Source: Planctomycetota bacterium
Lineage (GTDB): Bacteria > Planctomycetota > UBA1135 > UBA2386
Assembly (NCBI GenBank): GCA_947501605.1
Contig: CANMWZ010000009.1
Coordinates: forward strand, 1-64,000
DNA length: 64,000 nt
Direction: 5' to 3'
How positions within the stretch are numbered: position 1 is the stretch's first letter; each line of letters starts with the position of its first letter. Shown in pieces: positions 1-9,500 of this stretch. The notes below the pieces were generated by a model. It did not search any database and was not told the DNA's origin. It saw only the letters and a list, made by a program, of their open reading frames with translations. The position numbers were made by a program, and so were the translations under genes.

Positions 1-1050
1 CTCAGGAGACAGCACGGTGTACGCGTCGCGAACGCCTTGGGCCTCGCCCTTGTGCAGTTCGATCGCACTCTCCAAGGTCTCGGCGCGGCCGTCGTGCAGG
101 TACGGCGCGGTGTCTTTGATGCCCCACAACGGTGGCGTGCGATACATCCCGACGCCGGCACCCGGTTCGGCCATGCCGCGGAAGCCAGGGCCAAAGATGT
201 TGTGCAGCAGCAGGTTTGAGTAGAGGCGGACTGGGCCGTTGTTGCCCGGCAGCGAGGGCGTGTGGCACTTGGCGCATCCCGTCGCGGTGAACAGTTGCTC
301 GCCGCGCGCAACTCGCGGATCGGTCGAACCGCCGCGAACTGGTTCCGGCAGGTTGCCGACGAAGAACTGCAGGTCGTCGATCTGCGCCGTCGCGATCTCC
401 GGATCGACATGGTCGTCGGCGTCACTGCGCAGTCCCTGGCTGCGACCTTCGTCTGGCGTCGTCAACCCGATTTCGCCAGCTAGCGCATCGTGCATGAAGT
501 CGCGCAACTCAGAGATCTGCGCCTTCCAGCCATAGCGGCCGATCTCGATCGTGCCGTTCATGTTGATGCGTCGGGCGACGCCGAAGATGCCGTCGGCGTT
601 GGCGTCGATCGGGTCCTCGTTGGCGGTGATCGTCGCGTCGGCGATCGAGTCGAGTCGGCCGATGCCGAATAGCGACGGGGTCTGTCGTTGCTCGAACAGG
701 TCCGCGGGCTGCGACGCATACTCCTCGCGACCGACGAAGTACGGCGGGCGCAGTTTGCTGAGGGCCTGGCCGCCAGGAAGATCGACGAACGGGCCGGTGC
801 CGTCAAAATCCTGGCCGAAGCGCGAGACGTTGAGTTCAAGCGGGCCCGCACCGCCAAGACTCGGGTCCTGGTGGCAGGCGCGGCAGCTGTCGGCGTTGAA
901 GTCCGGGGTCCCGAGGCCGGTGCTGCGATGGAACGCGTGGTCGAACAGTGCGCGCCCACGCACGAAGCGCGGATCGCTGCTGATCCCGCCTTGTGCGACC
1001 GCGGTCGCCGCGAGGCTGAGAATGGTGGACGCGAGCAGGAAGGTGCGCAT
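1..1050 (-). CDS. Di-heme oxidoreductase (DHOR-like) family secreted cytochrome c, truncated at window edge
   Basis: Translated by hand, absent from ORF track because it runs off the edge. ATG at 1050 overlaps the upstream TGA. Signal peptide MRTFLLASTILSLAATAVAQ, two CxxCH motifs (CRACH, CAKCH), and PLWG..PYLHDGRAETL as in the neighbouring paralog. Confidence 0.85.
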   Translation of the reverse strand, partial: MRTFLLASTILSLAATAVAQGGISSDPRFVRGRALFDHAFHRSTGLGTPDFNADSCRACHQDPSLGGAGPLELNVSRFGQDFDGTGPFVDLPGGQALSKLRPPYFVGREEYASQPADLFEQRQTPSLFGIGRLDSIADATITANEDPIDANADGIFGVARRINMNGTIEIGRYGWKAQISELRDFMHDALAGEIGLTTPDEGRSQGLRSDADDHVDPEIATAQIDDLQFFVGNLPEPVRGGSTDPRVARGEQLFTATGCAKCHTPSLPGNNGPVRLYSNLLLHNIFGPGFRGMAEPGAGVGMYRTPPLWGIKDTAPYLHDGRAETLESAIELHKGEAQGVRDAYTVLSPE

Positions 1051-2288
1051 CACAGATGCTCCAGAAAGCGGATGAGGTCGGCTCGGGCCGCGAGATCGAG
1101 TGCGGCGAACGCGACGCGGGCGTTGGTGGCTTCGCCGCCGTGCATGCGGATGGCATCCTCGAGCGTCTCGGCGCGGCCGTCGTGCAGGTAGGGAGCGAAC
1201 TTCGACACGCCCCAGAGTGGCTGCGTGCGGAACTCGAGGCCGGTGTTGGTCGGGTCGTTCAGCGTGATCTGCGGACGGCCGAAGTTGACGAAGTCGGCGA
1301 GATCCGGCCCCATGTCGTGGATCAAGAGATCGGTGTAGGCGCGCACCGGGCCGCGCGACGATTGCAGCTCGGGGATGTGGCATTTGGCGCAGCCGATCGC
1401 TGCGAACTGTTGCTGCCCGCGCACGGCGGCGGCGTCGAACGGTCGCGGTTGCGGCGGGCCCAGGAAGCGCGTGAACGCGATCAAGTCACCGAGGTCGGCG
1501 GCCGGGATCTCCGGGTCGGCGACGCCATCGTTGTCGACGGTCGGGGCGTTGGGTGTGCTCGAGGCCTGCGGCGACATGCCGAGTTCCAGACTGATCGTGC
1601 CAGCGGTGCCACGGAACGGGTTGCTGGTGATGCCCATCTGGTTCATCAGCGGTGCGCGCGTGAAGAACTCGATGTTGTTCGATTGCGCCTTGAGGCCAAA
1701 GCGCCCCTGGCCGGCGCCGTCGTTGTTGCTGCGGCCGCTGACGCCGTCGCTGTCGGTGTCCTCGGGATCGGCGTTCGCCATGATCGTCGGGTTGCTGATG
1801 AACTCGAACAGGCCGACGCCGAACAGTGGAATCGAGTTGCGCTGCGCGGTGACGACGAGACCGGGCAATTCGGGGATCGGGTAGCGGCCGCGTTCGAGCG
1901 AATGCGGCAGGTCTCTAGTGCTGCCACCAAAGGCCGGGATCACTGGGCTCGGCAGGTTGCCGAGGGGCGTGATGCCGAACAGCAGCGAGACGTAGAAGTT
2001 GCGGTAGAGGTCAGCGCCGCCGCCGACGACCGGGTCGCTGTGGCAGCCGACGCAGGAGGTCGAGTTGTAGAGCGGGCCAAGCCCTTCACTGGGCTTGAAG
2101 CGCTTGCTGAACAGGGCGCGGCCGCGTTCGAAGCTCGCGAGTTCTTCCGCCGTGAGGTCAGGCAGCGGATCGCCGAGTTGCATGGCGGGCGGTTCGGGAT
2201 CGATGATCGCATTTGCGCTGCTCTTGCCGTTGCAAGCAGCGGCTGTGAGCGCAAGCGAGAGGGCGAGCCAGCGTGAGGTCGAGTTCAA
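1050..2288 (-). CDS. Di-heme oxidoreductase (DHOR-like) family lipoprotein
   Basis: Lipobox-like LTAAAC, CVGCH and CAKCH heme motifs, GRFGLKA, YTDLLIHDMG, FRTQPLWG, YLHDGRA. Confidence 0.88.
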   Translation of the reverse strand: MNSTSRWLALSLALTAAACNGKSSANAIIDPEPPAMQLGDPLPDLTAEELASFERGRALFSKRFKPSEGLGPLYNSTSCVGCHSDPVVGGGADLYRNFYVSLLFGITPLGNLPSPVIPAFGGSTRDLPHSLERGRYPIPELPGLVVTAQRNSIPLFGVGLFEFISNPTIMANADPEDTDSDGVSGRSNNDGAGQGRFGLKAQSNNIEFFTRAPLMNQMGITSNPFRGTAGTISLELGMSPQASSTPNAPTVDNDGVADPEIPAADLGDLIAFTRFLGPPQPRPFDAAAVRGQQQFAAIGCAKCHIPELQSSRGPVRAYTDLLIHDMGPDLADFVNFGRPQITLNDPTNTGLEFRTQPLWGVSKFAPYLHDGRAETLEDAIRMHGGEATNARVAFAALDLAARADLIRFLEHL

Positions 2289-2434
2289 TGGAGTCTGCTT
2301 GGTGCAGGAAACGAGCGGGGCCAGCGATCATACGCCGCCTCCAGAATGGTACCACGCAGCGTGTCCTGGCCGCCGAGCGCGGTTGGCCTGCCGCTGCCGT
2401 GAGTCTCACTGCGAGACCAAGGTCGCGAACACGC

Positions 2435-3295
2435 TCAGGCGCGCTCGGCGAAGGATGCAAACTCCAACTCGACGCACAGTTGCGCGAGGGTCTCGCGATC
2501 GGGCCCGCGATAGGCGAGGTCGGCGACGGTGGTGCCGAGTGGCACGTCGGTCCGCAGCGTGGCGAGCTGGCGATAGAGCCGTGCTTCATGGCGCGCACCC
2601 GCGAGGTTCTGGGCCAGCGCCTCCTTGCCGCGGACGGCAATGGCCCACTGCGTCGGATCGTCCGGGATCGACTCCAGGTTGTGGTAGTGCGCGAGGACGA
2701 GCGCGGCGCTCTTCTCGCCCCAGCGGGCGATGCCGGGGATGCCGTCCTGGGGATCGCCGACGAGTGCTAGCCAGTCGGGTACCGACTCGGGCTCGATGCC
2801 GAGCTTGGCGCGCACGGCGCTCTGGTCGAGCACGAGTTCGCGCCGGCGATCGAGCGCCACCACTCGCGTACCGCGGACCATCTGCAGCAGGTCCTTGTCG
2901 GGCGAGGCGATCAGCACACGATCGACGCGCGGGTCCGCCGCCGCCAGCACCGCGGCCGTAGCCAGGGCGTCATCGGCCTCGAACTCGATCATCGAGAAGG
3001 TCGCAAGACCCAGCGCGCGCGCCGCACGTTCGGCCAGGGGAAACTGAGCCATCAACTCGGGCTCGATCCCAGCTCCGGTCTTGTAGCCCGGGAATAGCTG
3101 GTTGCGGAACGACTCGATCACGGTGTCAAAGGCGATGCCCACGTGGGTGACGTCAGGCTGCTTGAGCAACGCTCGCAGGCTGCGCAACAGGCCGCGCGTG
3201 GCGCCGACCTCGCTGCCGTGGCTCGTGGTTGCGCGCGGGGCACCGAAGTGCGCGCGGAACAGCTCGTAGGTACCGTCGACGAGGTGGACCTGCAT
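2435..3295 (-). CDS. Stand-alone 5'-3' exonuclease / flap endonuclease (PolI N-terminal-like)
   Basis: LVDGTYELFRAHF, FRNQLFPGYK, EADDALAT, SPDKDLLQ, helix-3-turn-helix LVGDPQDGIPGIARWGEKSA. Confidence 0.9.
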   Translation of the reverse strand: MQVHLVDGTYELFRAHFGAPRATTSHGSEVGATRGLLRSLRALLKQPDVTHVGIAFDTVIESFRNQLFPGYKTGAGIEPELMAQFPLAERAARALGLATFSMIEFEADDALATAAVLAAADPRVDRVLIASPDKDLLQMVRGTRVVALDRRRELVLDQSAVRAKLGIEPESVPDWLALVGDPQDGIPGIARWGEKSAALVLAHYHNLESIPDDPTQWAIAVRGKEALAQNLAGARHEARLYRQLATLRTDVPLGTTVADLAYRGPDRETLAQLCVELEFASFAERA

Positions 3296-3405
3296 GGTTG
3301 ACAGAGCTTACGGCGATGGCAGCGATGACCGCAGCCTGTCGGTCGCTATGCTCCTCGCCCTCGCCGCGCGCCGTTTGCCGCGGTGGTCCTGTTCTAGGAG
3401 CCTCT

Positions 3406-4356
3406 ATGTCGACCGCCCCTCACGCCGTGCGTTTCGTGCTGCTTTCGTTGTTTGCGGTGCCTGTGTTTGCCCAGGACCGGGCTGCGCCAACAGTGCCGAA
3501 GCACCTGCTGCGCATGGCCCACGTCGTGGGGCAGGAGGCGTACTTCTGTCAGGCGATGGACATGACCACGAAGATGCAGATGGGCGAACGCACCATGGAC
3601 ATGGGGCAATCGACCATGTCGTTCTTCACCTCGACAGCCAAGAGCGTCGAGGGTGGCAACGCGACCATCGAGCAGAAATTCACTCGCGTGAAGGCCAAGG
3701 TCAGCGGCATGGCGCAAGTCGACTACGACTCGAATGATCCGGAATCGCGGCCAGGTCCCCTCGGCGCCCTCGAGGAGATGGTCGGTGAGTCCATCACGCT
3801 GGTGATGACCGATCGCGGCAAAGTGATGGGCTCCAAACCGTCCGCGGGCTTCCCGACCGAGAGCCTCGAGCGCTCGGGCATGGACCTCAATCAAATGCTG
3901 GCGCAGTGCGTGCCTGAGTTTCCGGACCAACCGATCGCGATCGGTGAGAGTTGGGTCACGGAGATGAAGATGCCCATGGGGCAGATGGGTGACATCCACT
4001 GCAAGATCACCAACCGTCTCGTCGAGGTCGAGAAGGGCAAGGCGAAGCTCGACCAGGCGTATGAGTTCGACACCAAGGATGTGCAGTTGCCAGGTGGCAT
4101 GCAGCTCAAGGTCGACAAGGGCACGGGCTGGACCTTGCTCGACCTAGCGCTCGGATTGCCGCTCGACAGCCAGAGCACGATCGAGATGTCCATGACGGGT
4201 GGCCCAGGCGGCGGCATGAACATGCAGATGGCGATGCAGACGGTGACCAAGCGCGTGGACGCGCAGGCGGCGAAGGAAGCGCCAGTGAAGACCGAGCCAG
4301 TGAAGGCCGAGCCCGTGAAGACCGAGCCGGCGAAGTCCGCCGAGAAGCCCAAGTGA
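3406..4356 (+). CDS. Secreted Met-rich hypothetical protein (DUF6263-like)
   Basis: AGGAG upstream of ATG 3406, signal peptide ending VFAQ, YDS and FPDQPIAIGESW motifs, C-terminal K(T/A)EP(V/A) repeats. Confidence 0.6.
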   Translation: MSTAPHAVRFVLLSLFAVPVFAQDRAAPTVPKHLLRMAHVVGQEAYFCQAMDMTTKMQMGERTMDMGQSTMSFFTSTAKSVEGGNATIEQKFTRVKAKVSGMAQVDYDSNDPESRPGPLGALEEMVGESITLVMTDRGKVMGSKPSAGFPTESLERSGMDLNQMLAQCVPEFPDQPIAIGESWVTEMKMPMGQMGDIHCKITNRLVEVEKGKAKLDQAYEFDTKDVQLPGGMQLKVDKGTGWTLLDLALGLPLDSQSTIEMSMTGGPGGGMNMQMAMQTVTKRVDAQAAKEAPVKTEPVKAEPVKTEPAKSAEKPK

Positions 4357-4426
4357 CATTCGCGGGCGGCGTGCCGCGCCGAGTCCTGTTCCGTTCCCTG
4401 CACGCCGTTCGCTGCCTTTCGCGCCG

Positions 4427-6352
4427 ATGAGTCTGCTCACCGTCAAGGACATCCACGTCACCGTCGGCGATCGCCATTTGCTTCGCGGTGTGGACCTCGT
4501 GGTCGGCGACGGGCAGCGCATCGGTTTGCTTGGCGCCAACGGCTGCGGCAAGTCGACGTTGTTGCGCATTCTCGCCGGCGCGTTGGTTCAAGATCGCGGT
4601 GAGCGCACCGTGCGTCGCGATCTGCGGCTTGGCTATTTGCCGCAGGAGCCGGATGTGCCCGCCGAGTTGACGATCCTCGCGGCGGTCACGCGCGGGATCG
4701 CCGGCCGCGATGAAGTGCTGCGCGACTTGGAACGTGTCCACGCGGCGCTGGCGAGCGAGCACGACGCCCGGAAGCTCGACAAGCTGCTGCAGCAGCAAGC
4801 CCGTCTCGACGAGCGGTTGGAGCATGTCGGTGGTCATGACGTCGATCATCGGGCTGAGGCCGTGCTGCACGGACTGGGCATGGAACGCTTCGAGTCGCAA
4901 TGCGGCAGCCTGTCGGGTGGGGAGCGCCGCCGAGTCGCACTGGCGCGGTTGCTGGTAGCCCAGCCCGATCTGCTGTTGCTCGACGAACCGACCAATCATC
5001 TCGACGCCGAAGTCACCGCGTGGCTCGAAGCCACGTTGATCGATTCAGGCATGCCGATCGTGATGGTCACGCACGATCGCTACTTCTTGGATCGGCTGGT
5101 CGATCGCATCGTCGAGTTCGACGACGGCGTGCTGCACGAGTACGACGGCAATTACCGTTCGTACCTGGTGCAGCGGGCCGAGCGGCTCGAGGTCGAAGCG
5201 AAGAACGAGAGTGCTCGGCTCAACACGCTGCGACGCGAGACCGAATGGGTGAGGCGTGGGCCGCCAGCGCGCACGACCAAGCAGAAGGCGCGCATCGACC
5301 GCTACCAGGTGCTCGTCGACAAGGCGCCGGCACCGGCACTCGCGGACCTGCTGTTCCAGATTCCCGACGGCCCGCGGTTGGGCGACTTCGTGATCCGCGT
5401 GAAGGGCGCCTCGAAGAGCTACGGCGAGCGCACGATCCTGTTGCCCTTCGACCTCGAAATCGGGCCTGGCGAACGCATCGGCATCGTCGGCCGGAACGGC
5501 GCCGGCAAGACGACGATGCTGCGCTTGTGTCTTGGCCAGACCGAGCCTGACACCGGTAGCGTCGCCATCGGGCCCACCGTGAAGTTCGCGGCGATCGACC
5601 AGGGCCGCACGGCGCTCGATACCGCAAAGACCGTGCTCCAGGAGGTCAGCGGCGGCAACGACTACGTGACCTACGGAACACGAACCGTGCGGGTCGAGAC
5701 CTTCCTCGAGCAGTTCCTGTTCCCGGGCGCGATGAAGCATGCGCGCATCGATTCGCTGTCTGGTGGCGAGCGCAATCGCGTGCTGATCGCCAAGCTGCTG
5801 TGCGCCGGCGGCAACGTGATCGTTCTAGACGAGCCGACCAACGACCTCGATCTGATGTCGTTGCGCGCGTTGGAAGATGCGCTTCTTGCCTTCCCTGGCA
5901 CGGTCTTCGTCGTCAGCCACGACCGTTGGTTCCTCGATCGTATTGCGACCCGTGTAGTGCAACTCGACGGCAGTGGCCGTGTCCGCCTCCACGCCGGCGA
6001 CCTGTCGCTGCTGCTGGAGAAGATGGCGGACGAGCAAGCGGCTGCGGTGGCGCAGGCCGCGATGCAGGCGGCGGCGACCAAGCTCAAGGTCGTCGCGCCG
6101 ACAGCTGCGCAGAAGTCCAAAAAACTGAGTTCGCGCGACCAAAAAGAGCTCACCGAGTTGCCGGCTCAGATCGAGGTGGCGGAGCAAGAGTTGGCGCGCG
6201 TCGACGTGCGCCTCTCCGACCCAGCGATCTACTCGGCCGCAGCGCGCGCAGAGTACGACCAACTGACCGCGAAGCGGCAAGAACTGCCCGTTCGCATCGC
6301 CAGGATGTACGCGCGGTGGGAAGCGCTCGAGGCGAGCGCCCGCAGTTCGTGA
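4427..6352 (+). CDS. ABC-F family ATPase (Uup-like)
   Basis: Two NBDs (GANGCGKS/LSGGE/DEPTNHLD and GRNGAGKT/LSGGE/DEPTNDLD), no TM helices, ARTTKQKAR linker, C-terminal coiled coil. Confidence 0.92.
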   Translation: MSLLTVKDIHVTVGDRHLLRGVDLVVGDGQRIGLLGANGCGKSTLLRILAGALVQDRGERTVRRDLRLGYLPQEPDVPAELTILAAVTRGIAGRDEVLRDLERVHAALASEHDARKLDKLLQQQARLDERLEHVGGHDVDHRAEAVLHGLGMERFESQCGSLSGGERRRVALARLLVAQPDLLLLDEPTNHLDAEVTAWLEATLIDSGMPIVMVTHDRYFLDRLVDRIVEFDDGVLHEYDGNYRSYLVQRAERLEVEAKNESARLNTLRRETEWVRRGPPARTTKQKARIDRYQVLVDKAPAPALADLLFQIPDGPRLGDFVIRVKGASKSYGERTILLPFDLEIGPGERIGIVGRNGAGKTTMLRLCLGQTEPDTGSVAIGPTVKFAAIDQGRTALDTAKTVLQEVSGGNDYVTYGTRTVRVETFLEQFLFPGAMKHARIDSLSGGERNRVLIAKLLCAGGNVIVLDEPTNDLDLMSLRALEDALLAFPGTVFVVSHDRWFLDRIATRVVQLDGSGRVRLHAGDLSLLLEKMADEQAAAVAQAAMQAAATKLKVVAPTAAQKSKKLSSRDQKELTELPAQIEVAEQELARVDVRLSDPAIYSAAARAEYDQLTAKRQELPVRIARMYARWEALEASARSS

Positions 6353-6514
6353 ACCGTCGCGACGGCGGATGCTGCCGCCGCAGCCGATTCGAATTGCGCG
6401 TCGAGAGGGCGGTTCGCAGGCGACACGCGTAGTGACGCGTTCTGGTGGCCGGGTTCGAGCCTCGCCGCGATTGGTGTTTTGGTTCGTCGGGTGGTCCCTA
6501 TGCTCCTCGTGAGG

Positions 6515-9500
6515 ATGAGCGACTCGGCAAACATGCGCATCGAATGCGTCCACGCGGCCCACCTCTGCTACGCGCTCGTGCAGGGCTCCCATCAAGTCGT
6601 CAACCTCCTGCGCATCCACAACGACGGCACCGCTGCTGTGCATGCCATCGAAGTACACGTGTCGTTGTCCGGCGGTCTCGCGGGCGAGTTGGCGGCGCCG
6701 TGCGTGATGCGTGTCGACACGATCGCGGCCTCGGCATGGCACGAGTTTGCGGACGTTCCGCTGGCGTTGCGCGTGGACGCGCTGGCCAACATCACCGAGC
6801 GGCAGGTTGCGAGCCTCCTCATCCAAGTTCGCAGCGGTGATGCACTGCTCGCGCGCGAGGAGCGCAGCGTTGCTCTGCTGGCCTACAACGAATGGCCCGG
6901 CAGTTCGGCGCCCCACGCTCTGCTGGCCTCGTTCGTTCTGCCAAATCACCCGGCGATCGCGCCCGTACTGAGCTCCGCCGGCGCGCGACTCATGGCTGCG
7001 ACCGGCAGCGCGTCGCTCGACGCTTATCAAACACGCGATCCAGACCGCGCACTGGCGATCGTGCGCGCGATCTACGAGGCCGTTCTCGAGCGCGGCATCG
7101 TCTACGTGTCGCCGCCGGCCAGCTTCGAGTCGGAAGGGCAGAAGATCCGCACGCCGGAGCAGGTGCTCGGCGACCGGCTCGGCACCTGTCTGGACCTTGC
7201 GGTTCTGATCGCCGCGGCGATCGAGCAGTCCGGTCTACACGCCCTGGTCGTGATCGAAGAAGGCCACGCGATCTGCGGTGCGTTCTTGCGCGACGAGAAC
7301 TTCGCCGAGGCCGCCATGGCAGATCCACTGCCACTGCGCAAGCGGGTCGAGCTTGGCCGTGCGGTGTTGTTCGAGTGCACCACTGTGTGCATCGGCGAGG
7401 CGCAGGCGTTCGGCCGCGCGGTCGAACTCGGCGCGGGTTCGGTGCACCAAGACGCTGCGTTCGTCTGCGTGATCGATGTCACCAGAGCTCGGCGCCAGGG
7501 CATTCGACCGTTGGCGAGCCGAACCTCGGCGTTTCAGGGCGACAGCGAGGGAGCAATGGCTGCAGTGCCCGCCGACGCGGTGGCGATGGCTCCGATCGAT
7601 GTCGGCCCGGTCGCAGCTAGGCGAGACGAGCAAGCGGTGCGCGATCGACTCGGCGAGTGGCAGCGGCGCTTGCTCGATCTATCGCTGCGCAATCGCTTGC
7701 TCAACTTCGTGCCGACCAAGCGCTCGGTGGCGCTGCAGACGAGTTCCCTCGGCGATCTGGTGAAGGCCCTGTCTTCCGGCGCGCAGTTCCGCGTTGCTCC
7801 GCGCGCCGAGCTGCCGCTGGTGCAGGCGGCCAAGGCCGAACCAACGACCCTCGAGCTCGACCAAGCGATGGCCAAGCTGCTGCGCGATGAGCTCGCGCAG
7901 TCGCGCCTTCATGCCGACCTCACCAAGGCCGAACTCGATCTCCGCTTGATCGAGCTGTTTCGCCATGCGCGCGTCGGCAACGAGGAGAGCGGCGTCAACA
8001 CGCTGTTCTTGGCGGCTGGGTTCTTGCGCTGGTACGAGACGCCGACCAGCAAGGAGCCGCGACTGGCGCCGTTGCTGCTGTTGCCATTGCGCCTCGAACG
8101 CATCTCGATTGCCGAGGGCTTCGTTCTCGTGCTCAGCGACGAGGAGCCGCGCCTCAACGAGACTCTGGTGCAGAAGCTCGAACAGGACTTCGGAGTGCGC
8201 CTGCCCGAACTCGGCGAGCTCGAAGGCGAAGACGGCGTGCGGACCGAGGCGGTGGTTGCTGCGTTCCGTCGTGCAATCGTCGACATCGATCGCTGGGAGG
8301 TGGAGGCCACCGCCCAGGTCGGGATCTTCTCGTTCGCCAAGTTCTTGATGTGGGCCGACCTCAAAGAACGCCGCGATCTCGTGCTGCAGCACGAGTTCTT
8401 GCGCCATTTGATCGAGACGCCAAATCGGGTCTTTGCCCACGACGGCAGTCCTTGGCCGACGCCGGCAGCGATCGATGCCAAGCCGCCACATGAGTTGTTG
8501 TGCCCGATGGACGCCGACAGCAGCCAACTGTGTGCTGTGATCGCCGCGGCCGATGGCCGCAGCTTCGTGCTCGAAGGACCGCCCGGAACGGGCAAGTCGC
8601 AGACGATCACGAACCTGATCGCGCAGAGCCTCGCCGACGGCAAGCGAGTGCTGTTCGTCGCCGAGAAGCGCGCGGCGCTCGAAGTGGTGCAGCGGCGACT
8701 GAAGTCGGTCGGGCTGGCGCCATTCTGCCTCGAGCTGCATGCAGACAAGGGCCAGAAGCGCACTGTGGTCGAGCAGCTCGGGCGCACGCTGGAGATCACG
8801 GAGCAGTGTGAGCCGCATCAGTGGCAGGAAAAGGCCACGGCGTTGCAGGCTGTTCGTGACGAACTCAACGGCCTCGTGGCAGCCGTGCATCGGGTGCGCG
8901 GCGCCGGGTTTTCTGCGTTCGATGCCGCCGCGCGAGCCGTCGCGAAGTGCGAGTTCGCCAAGGTCGAGGGGCTGCGCCTAGACGTGGATGCGGCCGGACT
9001 TCAGCGTCGCCGCGATGCGATCGCGGCGTTAGCCGCCGCCGCGGACAAGCTCGGCGGGTTGCGCGCCCATCCATGGTTTGGTGTGCAACGGACCGATTGG
9101 TCGCCATCGCTCGCGAGTGCGGCGACGGCGCTTGGCCAAGTCGTCACGGCGGCCATCGAGCCGGCGCGCGCAGCCTACGAGGTCGCCGCCCGGACGCTGG
9201 CTCTACCGCCGGGCCCGGCGAGCGGTGGGCGCGAAGAGTTGGACACCCTCGCGAGGGTCATGGGGTTGCTGGCCACTGGGCCGCTGCCGCTGTTGCTGTG
9301 TTCGAGTCAGGACTTCGCCGCGGCGCACTCCAGAGCGCTGCACTGCGTCGAACTCGGCGACTCGGCGGCTCGCGCAGCAGCGGCGCTGGCAGGGGAGTGG
9401 CGCCCAGAGTTCCTGGCACTCGATCACGCTGCGCTGATGGTCGCGATCCTGCGCAACGAACATGCCTTCGCCTTGCTGCGATGGTGGCGTCTGCGGGCGG

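Noticed and set aside
6440..6470. tRNA T-loop-like GGGTTCGAGCC upstream of the Hhe-like gene
   Set aside because: Flanks do not form a T stem and no cloverleaf can be drawn.
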